A stretch of DNA of 64,000 nucleotides from Heteronotia binoei. Its lineage: Eukaryota. Made by a program: the position numbers and the translations under genes. Under the pieces are notes generated by a model. It made no database searches. It saw only the letters and a program-made list of their open reading frames with translations, and was not told where the DNA came from. Every line of letters starts with the position of its first letter. Positions within the stretch are counted from its first letter, which is position 1. The stretch covers positions 16,926,001-16,990,000 of the forward strand of contig NC_083237.1 of assembly GCF_032191835.1 (NCBI RefSeq), given 5' to 3'. Positions 35,335-47,570 of the stretch are shown piece by piece.

Positions 35335-37850
35335 ATAGAATCATCAAATGACAGAGCTGGAAGGGGCCACACAGGCCATCTAGTCCAACCACCTGCTCAA
35401 TGAAGGATCAACCTAGAGCATCCCTGATCTAAGTGTAGTGTTAGTTCAGCAACTGCTTAAAGACTTGAGTGGGAGTTCATCCCCCTCCCAGTAGCTGATT
35501 CCACTGCTGAACAACTCTTACTGTAAACAAGTTTTCCTAATATTCAGCCAATACCTTCCCACCCAATTTAAACCCATTGTTATGAGTCCTCTCTTCTGCT
35601 GCCAACAGCAACAGCTCCTTGCCCTCCTCTAAGTGACAGCCCTTTAAAAACTTAAAGACAGCAATCATGTCCCCCTCAACCTCCTCTTCTCCAGACTGAA
35701 CATTTTCAAGTCCCTTAGCCGTTCCTCATAGGGCTTGGTCTCCACAGGCCCCAGATCATCCTCGTTGCTCTCCTGTACACCTGCTCAGCCTGTCCACATC
35801 CTTCTTGAAGTGAGGCCTCCAAGACTGCACACAAGACTCCAGGTGTGGCCTGACCAATACAGTGGGACAATGACATCTTGCAATGTCATACCTCTGTTGA
35901 TACACCCAAGATGGCATTAGCCTTTTTTGTTGCTTCATCACACCGGCTGCTCATATCTAACTTATGGTCCACCCGTACGCCAATATCTTGTTCATACGCA
36001 CTGTTAACAAGAGGTTCACCCCCCCCCCCCATCCAGTATGCGTGTTGATAATTTTTGTTGCCCAGATGTAGAATTTGGCACTTATCCTTGTTAAATTGCA
36101 TCTTGTCTACATCTGCCCACTTTTCCAGTGTATTCAGATCTCACTGAACTCTATCTTCTGGTGTGTTTGCTGCCCTTCCCAATGTTGTGTCCTCTTCAGA
36201 TTTAATGAGCAACCCTTCCACACCCTCATCCAGAACACTGATAAAGATATTGAAAAGTACTGGGCTCAGAATCAAGCCCAGGGACACCCTACTGGACACC
36301 TCCCTCCATTCAGTTGAAATGCCCCTGACAACGACTCTATGGGCGTTTTCGCACTGACCTTTTACTGGCGCGACCACCCTCTTCACACCGGAGGATCTGC
36401 CCGGATTTCGCACAAGAAGCGCCGGCGCACCCAAAAGAGCCAGCGACTTCCGTCGCGAAACCCGCTCAAACGTTTTCCTGCTTCTTGGCGGTTTCCGTTT
36501 GAGCGGGTTTCGCAACGGAAGTCGCCGGCTCTTTTGGGTGCGCCGGCGCTTCTTGTGCGAAATCCGGGCAGATCCTCCGGTGTGAAGAGGGTGCTCGCGC
36601 CACTTGAAGGTCAGTGCGAAAACGCCCTTTGAGTTCAACATTCCAACCAGTTCCTTATCCACTTAACTATCTTAGAGTCCAGTCCATAGTCCTCTATCAA
36701 TCTACAGTCCCCGTCAGGACATCATGCAGAACCCTATCAAAAGCTTGACTAAAGTCCAGGTAAACAACTGATGAATTGTTTAAATGTTTAATTAAAGTTT
36801 GAATTGAACTGTCTTGCTGTAATGTATTCCTTTTATGGTTTGTGAGCCGCCCTGAGCCTGCTGCGGCGAGTAGAATGGGATATAAATCTAATAAATCAAA
36901 TTAAATCAAACGGCATTCTGTCAATCCAGCAAGATTGTCACTCAATCAAAGACGGAAATGAGATTGGTCTGGCAGGATCTGTTGGGGACAAATCCATCCT
37001 GACTTCCCCGGATCATGAAGTTGTTCTTTAGGTGCTCGCAGCAGTTTGATCCCTTTAAAATCTGCTCCAGTATCTTCCCTGGGTCAGAGGTCAGACTGAC
37101 TGGCCTGTAGTTTCCTAGGCCATCCCTCCTCCCTATTTTTGAAAATTGATATAACATCTGCCCTCCTCCAGACTTGTGACACATCTCCTATCCTCCAAGA
37201 GGCCTGGAAGATAATAGACAAAGGCTCTGCAAGCTCTCTAGAAAGTTCTTTGAGCACTCTTGGGTACATACCATCTGGCCTGGGGATTTGTACTCATTCA
37301 GTGCAGCTACTTCTCTGTCCATGTCAACCAGCGGCCTGGATGCTGTGCCTTGCCTACTACCATCTCCAGATGAGGCTATTCTCATCTGCAGTGAAAAAAC
37401 ATAGGCAAACCAATGCAGCCAGGGGTTTACCTTCAATATTGCCTGCTCCTGTCATATTCCCCTTCTTATGGCAGGAAAGATAGAAGAGAACACCACCTGT
37501 ACCTCCATTCTCTTCTGCTTTCTCCGGAGAACTTCACAGTCTGCTTTCATTCTGTCAATGGTGTTCATGGCCATACCCATCCTCCAAAGAGCCTTCGTTC
37601 AGCCTAAGAAACCTGTCCGGAGTCAGGGTCTTCACCCCTCCTCATGGACCTCCTGACTGGGAGCAACAGGCTGGCAACTCCCATGGCCACTGGGGGCGGC
37701 ATTGATGCCAGCTGTCCCACCAAGACTTCAAGTACCTAGGTCCCATCCTGGGGATCCCTCACGAGTAACTCCCCGCTAACTGATGAAGAGGAGAGTGCCC
37801 ACACCCTGCTGGGATTGGTTGGAGGCAAGGGCAGGGGGAGCAGGGTTGGG
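35335..37850 (-). mobile_element. Heavily deleted CR1 (ORF1 esterase remnant, ORF2 RT remnants, 3' UTR) with nested insertions
   Basis: IDRMKADCEVLRRKQKRMEVQVVFSSIFP (ORF1 SGNH-like); LGNYRPVSLTSDPGKILEQI; FNIFISVLDEGVEGLLIK; FNKDKCQILHLG; CR1 tail. Confidence 0.85.
36341..36627. mobile_element. 287-bp CpG-rich foldback MITE (PIF/Harbinger-like)
   Basis: Near-perfect hairpin gggcgttttcgcactgacctt...aaggtcagtgcgaaaacgccc; flanks tat/ttt in the CR1 host are compatible with a 3-bp TSD. Confidence 0.8.
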
Positions 37851-37852
37851 AA

Positions 37853-38162
37853 TGTTATGGATGCAGACTCAAGTGAGAACTGAGTTGGGTGTTCCTGCCT
37901 GGCTCATTGAGCCTGATGACCAGAGCTTGGGGACTTGGGAACAATGGGCAGCAGGATCCTAAACCCTGCTCCAATCACAGGCCCCCTACTGGTTTGAATG
38001 GACCAATCAAACGCTTGCACGGGAACACGGGTGTGTGTATATAGTTGACCCCATTGGCCCAGTTCAGCAGTCTTATGCTTAGCCTTGATTATGCTGAAAT
38101 CAATAAAGAACTGATGTTGCACTACCACCTTGCCTCATCATTGCCTAGAACCCACTATATCA
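37853..38162 (+). mobile_element. Ty3/Gypsy 5' LTR (about 310 bp)
   Basis: TG...CA ends, aataaa inside, followed by PBS and gag; homologous to the solo LTR at 60034-60494. Confidence 0.8.
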
Positions 38163-38165
38163 TAG

Positions 38166-38183
38166 TGGTAACGAGGATGGGAT
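38166..38183 (+). other. Primer binding site complementary to tRNA-Ser 3' end
   Basis: tggtaacgaggatgggat vs tggcgacgaggatgggat, the reverse complement of vertebrate tRNA-Ser(GCU) ...ATCCCATCCTCGTCGCCA; 16/18 match, differences at one CpG. Confidence 0.75.
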
Positions 38184-38245
38184 CCTGGTGAGCGGCCCAG
38201 CCGGCATTGCATCACACATCGCTGCTCCAATCCACAGCTGATGAA

Positions 38246-38690
38246 ATGGCTGCTACGCCAGGACCGATTCAAGCCTTCGATGTGGCCCGCCTGGAGAGAT
38301 GGGAGACCTGGTTAGAGCAACTGGAGAACCACGCCGACTACAAGATCACGGGGTGCAAGAAGAAGGCGCTGCTGTTCATCTCCTGCAGCATGGACATCCT
38401 GGAGCTGGCCCAGGGTCTAATGGCACCTGTGATCCTCAAGGTGGCCACCTTCTATGAGATCATCACGGCCCTCACGACTCACTTTGCCCCACAACCAACC
38501 GTCCTGGCCCGCCGCCTCGAGTTCTCGGAGTGCCGCCAACAACCTAATGAGTCGGTGGCCAACTTCAGCACCGCCCTCTGCTGGTTGTCACTCTGCTGTG
38601 ACTTTCCGGTCGTCGATGAAGCGCTAAGGGACCAGTTCATTTTTGGCCTGCAGGACAAGAAATTGAGGCAAAAATTGGACAATTCCACCC
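38246..38690 (+). mobile_element. Ty3/Gypsy gag N-terminal fragment, truncated
   Basis: FDVARLERWETWLEQLE...HFAPQPTVLARRLEFSECRQQPNESVANF...LRDQFIFGLQDKKLRQKL resembles retrotransposon gag. Confidence 0.8.
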
Positions 38691-41600
38691 CTTCAAATTT
38701 CACTCAATGGAGAGCAGGGAAGGAGTAAATATTCACCCCACATTGGTGAAGAGACATATCATCACAGTCTCTCCTATAAGATGAGTGTATGAGTTGTCAA
38801 CTGATTTATGGCAACCCCAGCAAGGGGATTTCAAGGCAAGTGAGAAGCAGAGATCCTTTGCCATTTAATTTTGTCTGAAAAGTCTTCCTTGGTGCTCCCC
38901 CATCCAAGTATTGAACCTGCTATGTTTCCAAGATCTGACAACATTGATCTATATCATACCAGTCTGCATTCACTCTCACTCATTACTAGAATGCAAACAG
39001 AATGATAGAATTACAGAGCTGGAAGGGGCCATAGAGGTCATCTAGTCCAACCCGCTGCTCAATGCAGGATCAGCCGAGAAATGGTCACCTTGGATCCTTG
39101 CCTTGGATGAAAAGTGGGGCATAAAAACATTCTAAATAAATAAAATAACCCTGAGTGTGAGAAGGCATATCTGGCATACCCTTACTTCCTGAGAGCTAGT
39201 TTGGTGTAGTGGTTAAGTGTGTGGACTCCTATCTGGGAGAATCGTGTTTAATTCTCCACTCCTTCACTTGCAGCTGCTGGAATGGCCTTGGGTCAGCCAT
39301 AGCTCTGGCAGAGGTTGTCCTTGAAAGGACAGCTGCTGTAAGAGCTCTCTCAGCCCCACCCACCTCACAGGGTGTCTGTTGTGGGGGAGGAAGGTAAAGG
39401 AGATTGTGAGCCGCTCTGAGACACAGAGATTTGGAGTGGACGGCAGGATATAAATCCAATATCTTCTTCTTCTTCCTAGCTTTCTTTATTTCTGTCTGGG
39501 AGGAAAGGAAAGCTTTAACACTCTGTGCCACAGGGCTCTCTCTGTCTGGGACACTCTCATCTTTGCCATGTTGCTATAGAAGTCATGCATTACATTTGGT
39601 TTCTGTTAAATTCCTTGCGGCTTTACATAGTGCATAGAGTAAAACATTGCTTATTACATGCATAGTTCACTGAGGAAGAGGTCATTGGAATAAGGGATTA
39701 CCTAGAATCCTCAAGGGGGCTAGGACTTCACATTGGACTTGATGGATTCCATTTAAGAACTGATGAGTGTGAACTTACAATGAACTCTGTGAATTAATTC
39801 TGTTTTCCTTTGGACTTTATGTACTCTGCCTGTTACTTTAATGCTCCATGTTAAGTGACAATAATATTGTGTATAATATAAATAGACTTGGACTCTGCTA
39901 TCATTGGCATTTATGAAAACTGTTCTTTATTCGTATTCTTGTGTGCTATTACAGCTAACAGTGTGTTGGCTTATTTTGGCTATACAAATCATGACAGACT
40001 CCAGACTAAGTAATAAGCAGACACTCAAGGGACTGCACAAGCCTCTGTGGAGTAGAGCCACAGGCTTTGTAAGCTGACTGGATGCAATACAGTGTTGTAA
40101 GAAGTCATCGGAAGGGGGCAGAGGCAGCATGCAATCAGTTGCCTAACACAGAGTATAGTTGATCAGTCCATGACCCAAGACAATTTTAGGGATTGCTCAG
40201 ATGAGTCTATGTTAAAGTCATCTTGGAATCAGAGATTCATGGCAGAAGACATGTTTGGCATTACCAGGTAAAGGATCTCAGGATCCGAGGCAAGGAGGGA
40301 CTCTCTCAGAAACGATAGAAACCTGCTGACCAGGAAAACGCTCACCTATATGGACTACTTGTGCTGGAAGCCATTGCCGGACAAAGGATCTAAGGCAAGG
40401 AAAGACTCCACCAGAAGCTATGGAGAACTGCTGCCTTAGGAAATGCTAAGCTAGATGGACCATTTGTGCTGGAGGTCATGAAGTTTTCCTTCAACGGATC
40501 TCAGCAAAAGACAGCAACAGTTTCACCACAAAGTTAGTACCATCGAGGTAATGATGCCTCAGCATCTGTCCATGGAAAGCTGATGTGCACTTATTTGACT
40601 GCTCGTGACAAGGGGAATGGATGAATCCCCTCCCGTTTGCATGTTGAGGTCACAACTGTTAGATGCAAAACTGTTGCAAGTTGCCATTTGGAAATCCAAT
40701 TTTGTGAAGAGGTCAGGAGGTGGCTTGAGTTTGTCACCTGCAGTTTTTATTTTTATTTTTTTTTATCTTGAAGAGTTTATTTCACCCAATGAAAAGTGCC
40801 ATGTCCCTCATTCCTCTTCCCTCTCTGCAAGAAGCCCTCTTTGGTTTATAACTGGTTTATAACTGGTTTATAACTGGTTTATAAAATCATGGAAGGGTTT
40901 GAAGCAATAATCATGGAAAGGAGATGTTGAAGTCAGCCTCAATACATCAAATTTGTTCCATGGGTTACCTGCACAGATGTACACATCTGAATTTAGAACT
41001 GGGACTGGCAAAAAGGCAAAGCATCTTTGTGCTTTTGCCATTTTCAAGAGCTGTCTGTTCTGCCCTCCTATTAGCTAAGCAACTGCTGCCAGTTTGTTGG
41101 GTGTGGAAAGGAGGGGCCATTGGGGTCAGGAGGGAGAGGATGGATGTAGCTTTGGCTGCTGCCCCCCAAGGTTTCTACTTAGAAGGAGGGCATCACATCC
41201 CCCACTGCTGCCAGACCTTCTCCTTCAACCTCTTGCCAAGGAGCAAGAAAACATCAGGATGTGATGTCACCCCATGGGTCGGTAACAACTCAGTACTTGC
41301 ACAGGGGACTACCTTTACCTTTTTATTTGTGAATTTCCTGCATTGTGCAGGGGGTTGGGCTAGATGATCCTGGAAGTCCCTTCCAGCTCTAGGATTCTAT
41401 GACATTTCTACTAAGTAAACAATTATCTTTTGTTGGAACAAGGCATCAAAGTTTGGGTCATGTTTGCAAACGAGGTATTTCTCTGTATGGGCAGGATGAA
41501 TGCTTCTCATCGATGTATTGCATTTAATGCAGTCAAAAGTGCCACAAAAATTTAGGAGTGGGGTGGAGGGCAAAATGTAAACTTGCTTTCATAGTAATTT

Positions 41601-42180
41601 TTTTTTGAAAAGGTTATTTAATTCAGAATTGCTGCTGCGTCCCTTGTTCTTTGTATTTGTGTCTCTTCCTTTTCTGCCTTTCAAGCTATCCTTGTTTTAT
41701 TAGTTAATGTACTAAAAAGTCCATAAGAACACATCTTCAAAAGGAGATGCTACTAAAGGTGTACATTCTAGAATTTTGGAGCCAAACCAAAATTTTGGAG
41801 CCAAACCAAATTTTGGAGCAAAAACCACCATTTGGGGGCTTTGCCATGATCCTGCAGGACAGCTACAGACATCTAGTATTCCTAGGCGCAAAGCTTCTTT
41901 TGTAGCAGGAACTCATTTTCATATTAGGCCACACCCCCTGAGGTAGCGAATCCTCCAATAGCTTACAGGACTCTTTTTACAGGGCCTACTGTAAGCTTCA
42001 GGAGGATTGGCTACATCAGGGGGATGTGACCTAATAAGCAAAGGAGTTCCTGCTACATAAAAACCCCTGCCTAGACATTTTGAAAAACACACCCCACTAA
42101 AATATCCATGTAGTTTTTTCATGTTGGGGTGCTTACCATCAGCAGGGAGAGTGTCTTGTTTTTCATTGATTCTCTGAATA

Positions 42181-42318
42181 TCCCAGGCAGTGGCCTGGGG
42201 AAGACAGTTCCTAGCCAGAATGAGCAGTTTGTTAATTCTAAAGGCAGTAAAGCTGTGCAGCTGAACTGGATCTTGCTGGGGAAAAATAAGAAGCTTTTCA
42301 AGATGAGGTCCCATGAGA
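42181..42318. promoter_or_regulatory. Cluster of O/E (Ebf)-like sites upstream of OR
   Basis: tcccatgaga at 42309-42318 fits YCCCNNGRGA; tcccaggc at 42181 and cctgggga at 42194 are partial matches; 190-330 bp before the ATG. Confidence 0.35.
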
Positions 42319-42509
42319 GATTTTGCAGATGAAAGAAATAGCCAGATAAAAAATCCAGTTCGAAAGTGGCTTAAAAGTGGATTGAAAGTGCATTATTTCA
42401 TTTGTGTCACCACACCCTCCGTGACGTTGCCTGTTTCGCAGGCTATTCTGTTCATCGTGCCTGTCACTTTTTCTCACCGATGCCCTTTCTCTACAAGCAG
42501 GAGGCCAAG

Positions 42510-43442
42510 ATGGAGTCTGAGAACTTCACGTTTATCACCGAATTCATCCTGGTGGGACTCACCAGCCACCGAAGGTCCCAGATCCTGCTGTTTGTCATCC
42601 TCCTCCTCATCTACATGTTTACAGTCATGGGGAACGCGGTGATCATCATGCTAATCTTGTCTGACCCTCATCTCCACACACCCATGTATTTTTTCCTGAA
42701 GCACTTCGCAGGGCTAGAAATCTGCTACGTCACCACTGGCATGCCCCAGATGCTGGCTCACCTCCAGGCTGGAAATGGAAGGATTTCTTTTGGCCGTTGC
42801 GTAGCCCAGGTGTATGTTAGCACTTGCCTGGCTACTGTTGAGTTTGTTCTACTGGGTGTCATGGCCTACGACCGCTACTTGGCCATCTGCTGTCCCCTTA
42901 TATATGCCACTGTCATGGGCAGGAGTCGGCAACTAAAGCTGGCATCAACCTTCTGGGCAGCTGGCTTCATCACTGGTCTCATCAACCTGAGCAGCGTCCT
43001 TCGCCACCCCTACTGCGGACCCAACCGCATCAACCACTTCTACTGCGAGCTGCCTCTCGTGCTAAAACTAGCATGTGCAGATACTCACATCACGGAGGCC
43101 ATCACTTTTGTGGTGACAGGGGTGGTCCTTGCAGGTCCTCTTGCAGCTATCCTGGCCTCCTATACATTAATACTTTCCACTGTGTTACAAATGAAGTCAA
43201 CGGCTGGAAGACGCAAGGCCTTCTCCACCTGCGGCTCCCATTTGCTGGTGGTTTCCTTGTACTACGGTACTGTTATGGCCATGTATATGAGACCCCGGTC
43301 AAGGTCATCTCCTGACCGGGATAAACAATTTGCAGTCTTTTATGTTGTGATCAGTCCAATGCTCAATCCTATAATTTATACTCTGCGCAACAAGGACATC
43401 CATGTGGCGATGGCCAAGATGTTGCAAAAATGGGGGAGTTGA
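42510..43442 (+). CDS. Olfactory receptor, class II, intact
   Basis: MESENFTFITEFILVGL, LHTPMYFFL, MAYDRYLAIC, HFYCELP, KAFSTCGSHL, PMLNPIIYTLRNKD; acceptor ccctttctctacaagcag upstream. Confidence 0.95.
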   Translation: MESENFTFITEFILVGLTSHRRSQILLFVILLLIYMFTVMGNAVIIMLILSDPHLHTPMYFFLKHFAGLEICYVTTGMPQMLAHLQAGNGRISFGRCVAQVYVSTCLATVEFVLLGVMAYDRYLAICCPLIYATVMGRSRQLKLASTFWAAGFITGLINLSSVLRHPYCGPNRINHFYCELPLVLKLACADTHITEAITFVVTGVVLAGPLAAILASYTLILSTVLQMKSTAGRRKAFSTCGSHLLVVSLYYGTVMAMYMRPRSRSSPDRDKQFAVFYVVISPMLNPIIYTLRNKDIHVAMAKMLQKWGS

Positions 43443-44549
43443 ACACAAAAGAGAAACATAATGTAATGGGTGTGATTGTAGCCTATAATAAGGTAGAGTG
43501 ACTATAGCTGTTTTGTTTAAATGTACTAGCTATCTACTTGATTTAGTAGCTCCAGTGTTAGAAAGGTTCAGTACGGAATAGTGGTTACACTTACAGCATC
43601 AGGCTAGGCTTGGACGGACTCATTGTCAAACCCCCAGCTGTCCCTGAAGCTTACCAGATAACTCAATATAAATCCAGGTGGGTAGCCATGTTGGTCTAAA
43701 GCAATGGACCCAAGTTTGAGTCCAGTGGGCAGCTTTAAAACAAGCAAAGTTTTATTCAATGATAATTCCAGCTTCAGAAATTTCTGCAGATTTTAGGCAG
43801 CAGCTGGGGAAGGGCAGAGTTTGGGAAGTGTCACTTTTAATGGACAATTATGGTTTGCCATTTGTGAAGAATCGTGTCTCTATTGACTTCCTTCAGGGCA
43901 GAGAACAATTAATTCACGAAGGAGGAGGAGGAGGGGAATCCTGAGGTGACAGACGAGACTCTAGAACATCAGACTCTAGGTTCAGAAATAATATGTTTAA
44001 TTCCCTTCCACCAATTAAAATAATTTTCTCTAAGCAGATATCATCTAACACACCCAAGCCAGTGCTGGACTGGTCCTTTTTCTTGCTGCTGTACAAATGC
44101 AAATATATGAGGAGGCTTTTTCCATGCAAGGTTCGGCGGGGAGGGCGGGATATAAATAAAAGGTATTATTATTATTATTATTATTATAAGGTCAGAGAAA
44201 AAGGAGACTCCTGCACCTCCTGTGTGTAGTGGTACAGTCCATTCTACCACCTTATTCTTCTGCAAAAATCAATCCTGAGGAGCTTGCAGTTAGGGGATTC
44301 CATGGAACTCTACCCAAGCACTTCTTAGAGACACCGAGTGCATCTGTGTCTTTCACTTTAACCTATCTCACAGGGGACAAAAGTCTAAAACACACTCACA
44401 TATGCAAAGGGCCATTCTAATGTCTTATTCAAATCCTTTTTTTCCACCTCCTGACATTGCAATTAGAATAAATGGCTTCTTCTTAACACCACCAGCCTGT
44501 TTATTTACTCTTCTAATACTGATGGCATATTGTTAATCACCCAAAGGAT

Positions 44550-44870
44550 GATTAACACATGAAATTCACTGCCACAGGAGGTGGTGGTGGCTATAAGCAT
44601 AGACAGCTTCAAGAGGGGATTGGATAAGCATGGAGCAGAGGTCCATCAGTGGCTATTAGTCACAGCATATTGATGGAACTCTCTGTTTGGGGAGTGATGC
44701 TGTGTATTCTTGGTGTTTGTGGGGGGGGGGACAGTTGGAGGGCTTCTAGTGTCCTGGCCCCACCGATGGACCTCCTGATGGCAGCTAGTTTTTTTTTGCC
44801 ACTGTGTGACACAGAGTGTTGGACTGGATGGGCTATTGGCCTGATTCAACATGGCTTCTCTTATGTTATG
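44550..44870 (+). mobile_element. CR1 3' fragment
   Basis: tcactgccacaggaggtggtg...aagaggggattggataag; tail ttctcttatgtt. Confidence 0.85.
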
Positions 44871-45079
44871 TTCTCTTGGAAGATTGGCTACATCAGGGGT
44901 GTGTGGCCTAATATGCAAAGGAGTTCCTGCCACAAAAAAGCCCTTTGACAACAAATCCCTTTGAATTTTACACCTAGTAATTTTATGATGAACGCTTAAT
45001 TTATATTGATAGTCATTAACAATAATTTCTTCGGTTATAACATATTCCTCTGGTATTATATTAATATTTTACTTATCTC

Positions 45080-45245
45080 CAGGGCTTGAATTCCGCAGGA
45101 GCTCACAGGAGCACAGCTCCTGAACCTCCAGCCAGGGTCTCCATGCAGTGGGGAGTTCTCTCACCCCTGTACACAGTTCCCAGGGCATATGCAAATGAGA
45201 TATCCTGCTGAGCTCCTGCACCTTTTTTCTACAGAATGACCCCTG
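45080..45245. mobile_element. hAT MITE carrying ATGCAAAT
   Basis: cagggc...gacccctg; perfect TSD cttatctc; relatives at about 34575-34735, 52177-52622 and 56200-56654. Confidence 0.85.
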
Positions 45246-45645
45246 CTTATCTCTATTTGATATTGTTGTGCCTATAACCATACTCCTTGAAATCATTCAC
45301 TAAGACTGTTGATGTTCTGTTTACTCTTGCATATATTACCAAAAAACAAACAAACAAACGAAGCCTTTTAGTGCTTGGCTTGGTTGGGCCTACACAGCTG
45401 GGATCCCAATGTACAGAGGAGGAGGTTGGCTGCTGACGGAAGTGAACACCAGGAGGGTCTGTGGCAAACGCAACCAAAGCATCCCCCATAGACAGCCCCT
45501 TTGCTTCTGCTTAGGCCACCATACAAGTTTGCCACCCTTTGAGACAGTCTGTTTCACAGCTGAAAAGCTTTTGCCATTAAGAAGTGCCTCCTGCTAGTGA
45601 GCTGAAATTGACCTCCTTGTAAGGGCCACATATGACTTCTGGTCC

Positions 45646-46142
45646 TAAGGTTGCCATGTCTGACTCAAGAAATATCTGGGGACTTTGGGGGTGGAGCCAG
45701 GAGACTTCAGGGGTGGAGCCAGGAGCAAGGGTGTGGCAAGCATAATTGAACTCCAAAGGGAGTTCTGGCCATCCCATTTAAAGGGACCACGCTCCTTTTA
45801 AATGCCTTTCCTCCATTTGGAATAATGGATAGGGTCGCCTTCTTCTGGGGCTCCTAGAATTGGACCCTCTGGTTCAATCTGTATGAAACATGGAAAGTAT
45901 TTTGAGGAGGGTCACCAGATGCTGTGCTGAGAATTTGGTGCCTCTTCCTCAAAAAACAGCCCTTTAGAGCCCCAGCTACCCATAGATCAATTTTCCATTA
46001 AACTAGGAGAGTCAATCTCCATAGAGAATAACGGAGTGCCCAGCGGACATCCCCTCCTCCTGGTTTTCTGATGACCCTGAAGTGGGGGGAAAGCCTCCAA
46101 ACCTGGGAATCCCCTGACCCCAACTGGGGATTGGCAGCCCTA
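45646..46142. mobile_element. hAT (Blackjack-like) MITE
   Basis: Perfect TSD tctggtcc. Confidence 0.9.
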
Positions 46143-46344
46143 TCTGGTCCTGCCTTCAACAGGATGAGAAGATCTGCTCTGTCTTTTGTATTCTTTATAA
46201 CGGCCCTATGAATCAGGCCGAATGGATCCATGTCAATCTTAGTCTGAGCCAAAGAATTTTATACTTCTCTTTGATGAAGGAAAACTTTGAGCCCCACTTT
46301 CACAAGGGGGGGGGGGTTGGTTGCAGAGTGGAGTGAGATAAGGT

Positions 46345-46852
46345 TAGAGTTGCCAAGTCCAATTCAAGACATATCTGGGGACTTTGGGGGTGGAGCCAGG
46401 AGAAATTAGGGGTGGAGCCAAGATCAAGGCTGTGACAAGCATAATTGAACTCCAAAGGGAGTTCTGGCCATCACATTGAAAGGGACGGCACACCTTTTCA
46501 ATTCCTTCCTTCTATAGGAAATAATGAAGGATAGGGGCACCTTCTTTGGGGGCTCATAGAATTGAACCCCCTGGTGCAATCTTTTTGAAACTTGGTGGGT
46601 ATTTTGGGGAGAGGCACTAGATGCTAAGTGGAAAATTTGGTGCCTCTATCCCAAAAAACAGCCCTCACAGAGCCCCAGATACCCACAGATCAGTTCTCCA
46701 TGATTTTCTATGGGAATAAATCTCCATAGGGAATAACAGAGTTCCCAGAAGACATTTCCCTCCCCTCCCCCCGCTTTCTGACGACCTTGAAGTGGGGGGA
46801 GGGCCTCCAATCCGGGGGATCCCCTGCCCCCACCTGGAGATTGTCAACCCTA
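46345..46852. mobile_element. hAT (Blackjack-like) MITE
   Basis: Perfect TSD gataaggt. Confidence 0.9.
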
Positions 46853-47570
46853 GATAAGGTATTTAAAAAGAGAAAGAAGTTGGAAGGCTGGGCTACAGAC
46901 TGATGGCCTGAAGACATTTGACGACTATACTCTCACATCCACACAAAGGCTCAGACCTTAAGAACAAAGCAAAACACCTTTGTTGGTCTTAAAGGTGCCA
47001 CTGGACTCTTAACTTTGCTATACATGCAGACATAATTTCTACTTCTGGTAGTGTTAGTAGACTCAAAGGTGTGGGGGGAGATAAGTGGTCTTCATTTTTC
47101 CTTTCAAAAATTAGTCAAAGCAACACAGCAGCAGAAGAAATTCAACAGGTCAAGTCACATAGTTAGAACTCTTTCCTTGCATCAAAATTAGCTTTCTCTG
47201 CAACCACCAGAGATTTTCTAAAGCAGGGGCGCACAAGAACGCAGTTCTGGCTGGCTTGGCATCAGAGGGTGGGGCCTAATATGCAAATGAGTTCCTGCTG
47301 GGCTTTCTGTATAATAAAAAAAAAGCCCTGGCAACCACTAATAACTTTTTTTTAAAAAAAGCTGCACAACCCAACTTCTAAACTTCCTGCATCTCTTAAT
47401 TGGAATGTTTTTGGTTGAATTCAACTAGAAATTTAGGATTACACATCAGAGCATCTTTCTAGGCAGGATTAGTGGTTCTACTGCCTGCCGAGAGGAGTGC
47501 ACCTACCTAAAGCCTCCACTAGGTGCTCTCTGTCACACATTTTGTTGTTCAGTCGCACAGTCAAGTCCTA

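Noticed and set aside
36141-36662. Arg/Lys-rich 173-aa ORF and its mirror 36339-36632
   Set aside because: By-product of the GC-rich palindrome inserted in a CR1 frame.
39665-39790. ctgagga and ctgatga as hammerhead cores
   Set aside because: No GAAA with a pairing helix III in register.
42402-42509. N-terminal extensions of OR ORFs (also 20583-20615, 54031-54123, 61727-61837)
   Set aside because: They run through polypyrimidine/AG acceptors or SINE sequence; the conserved start is M-x-x-E-N-x-T.
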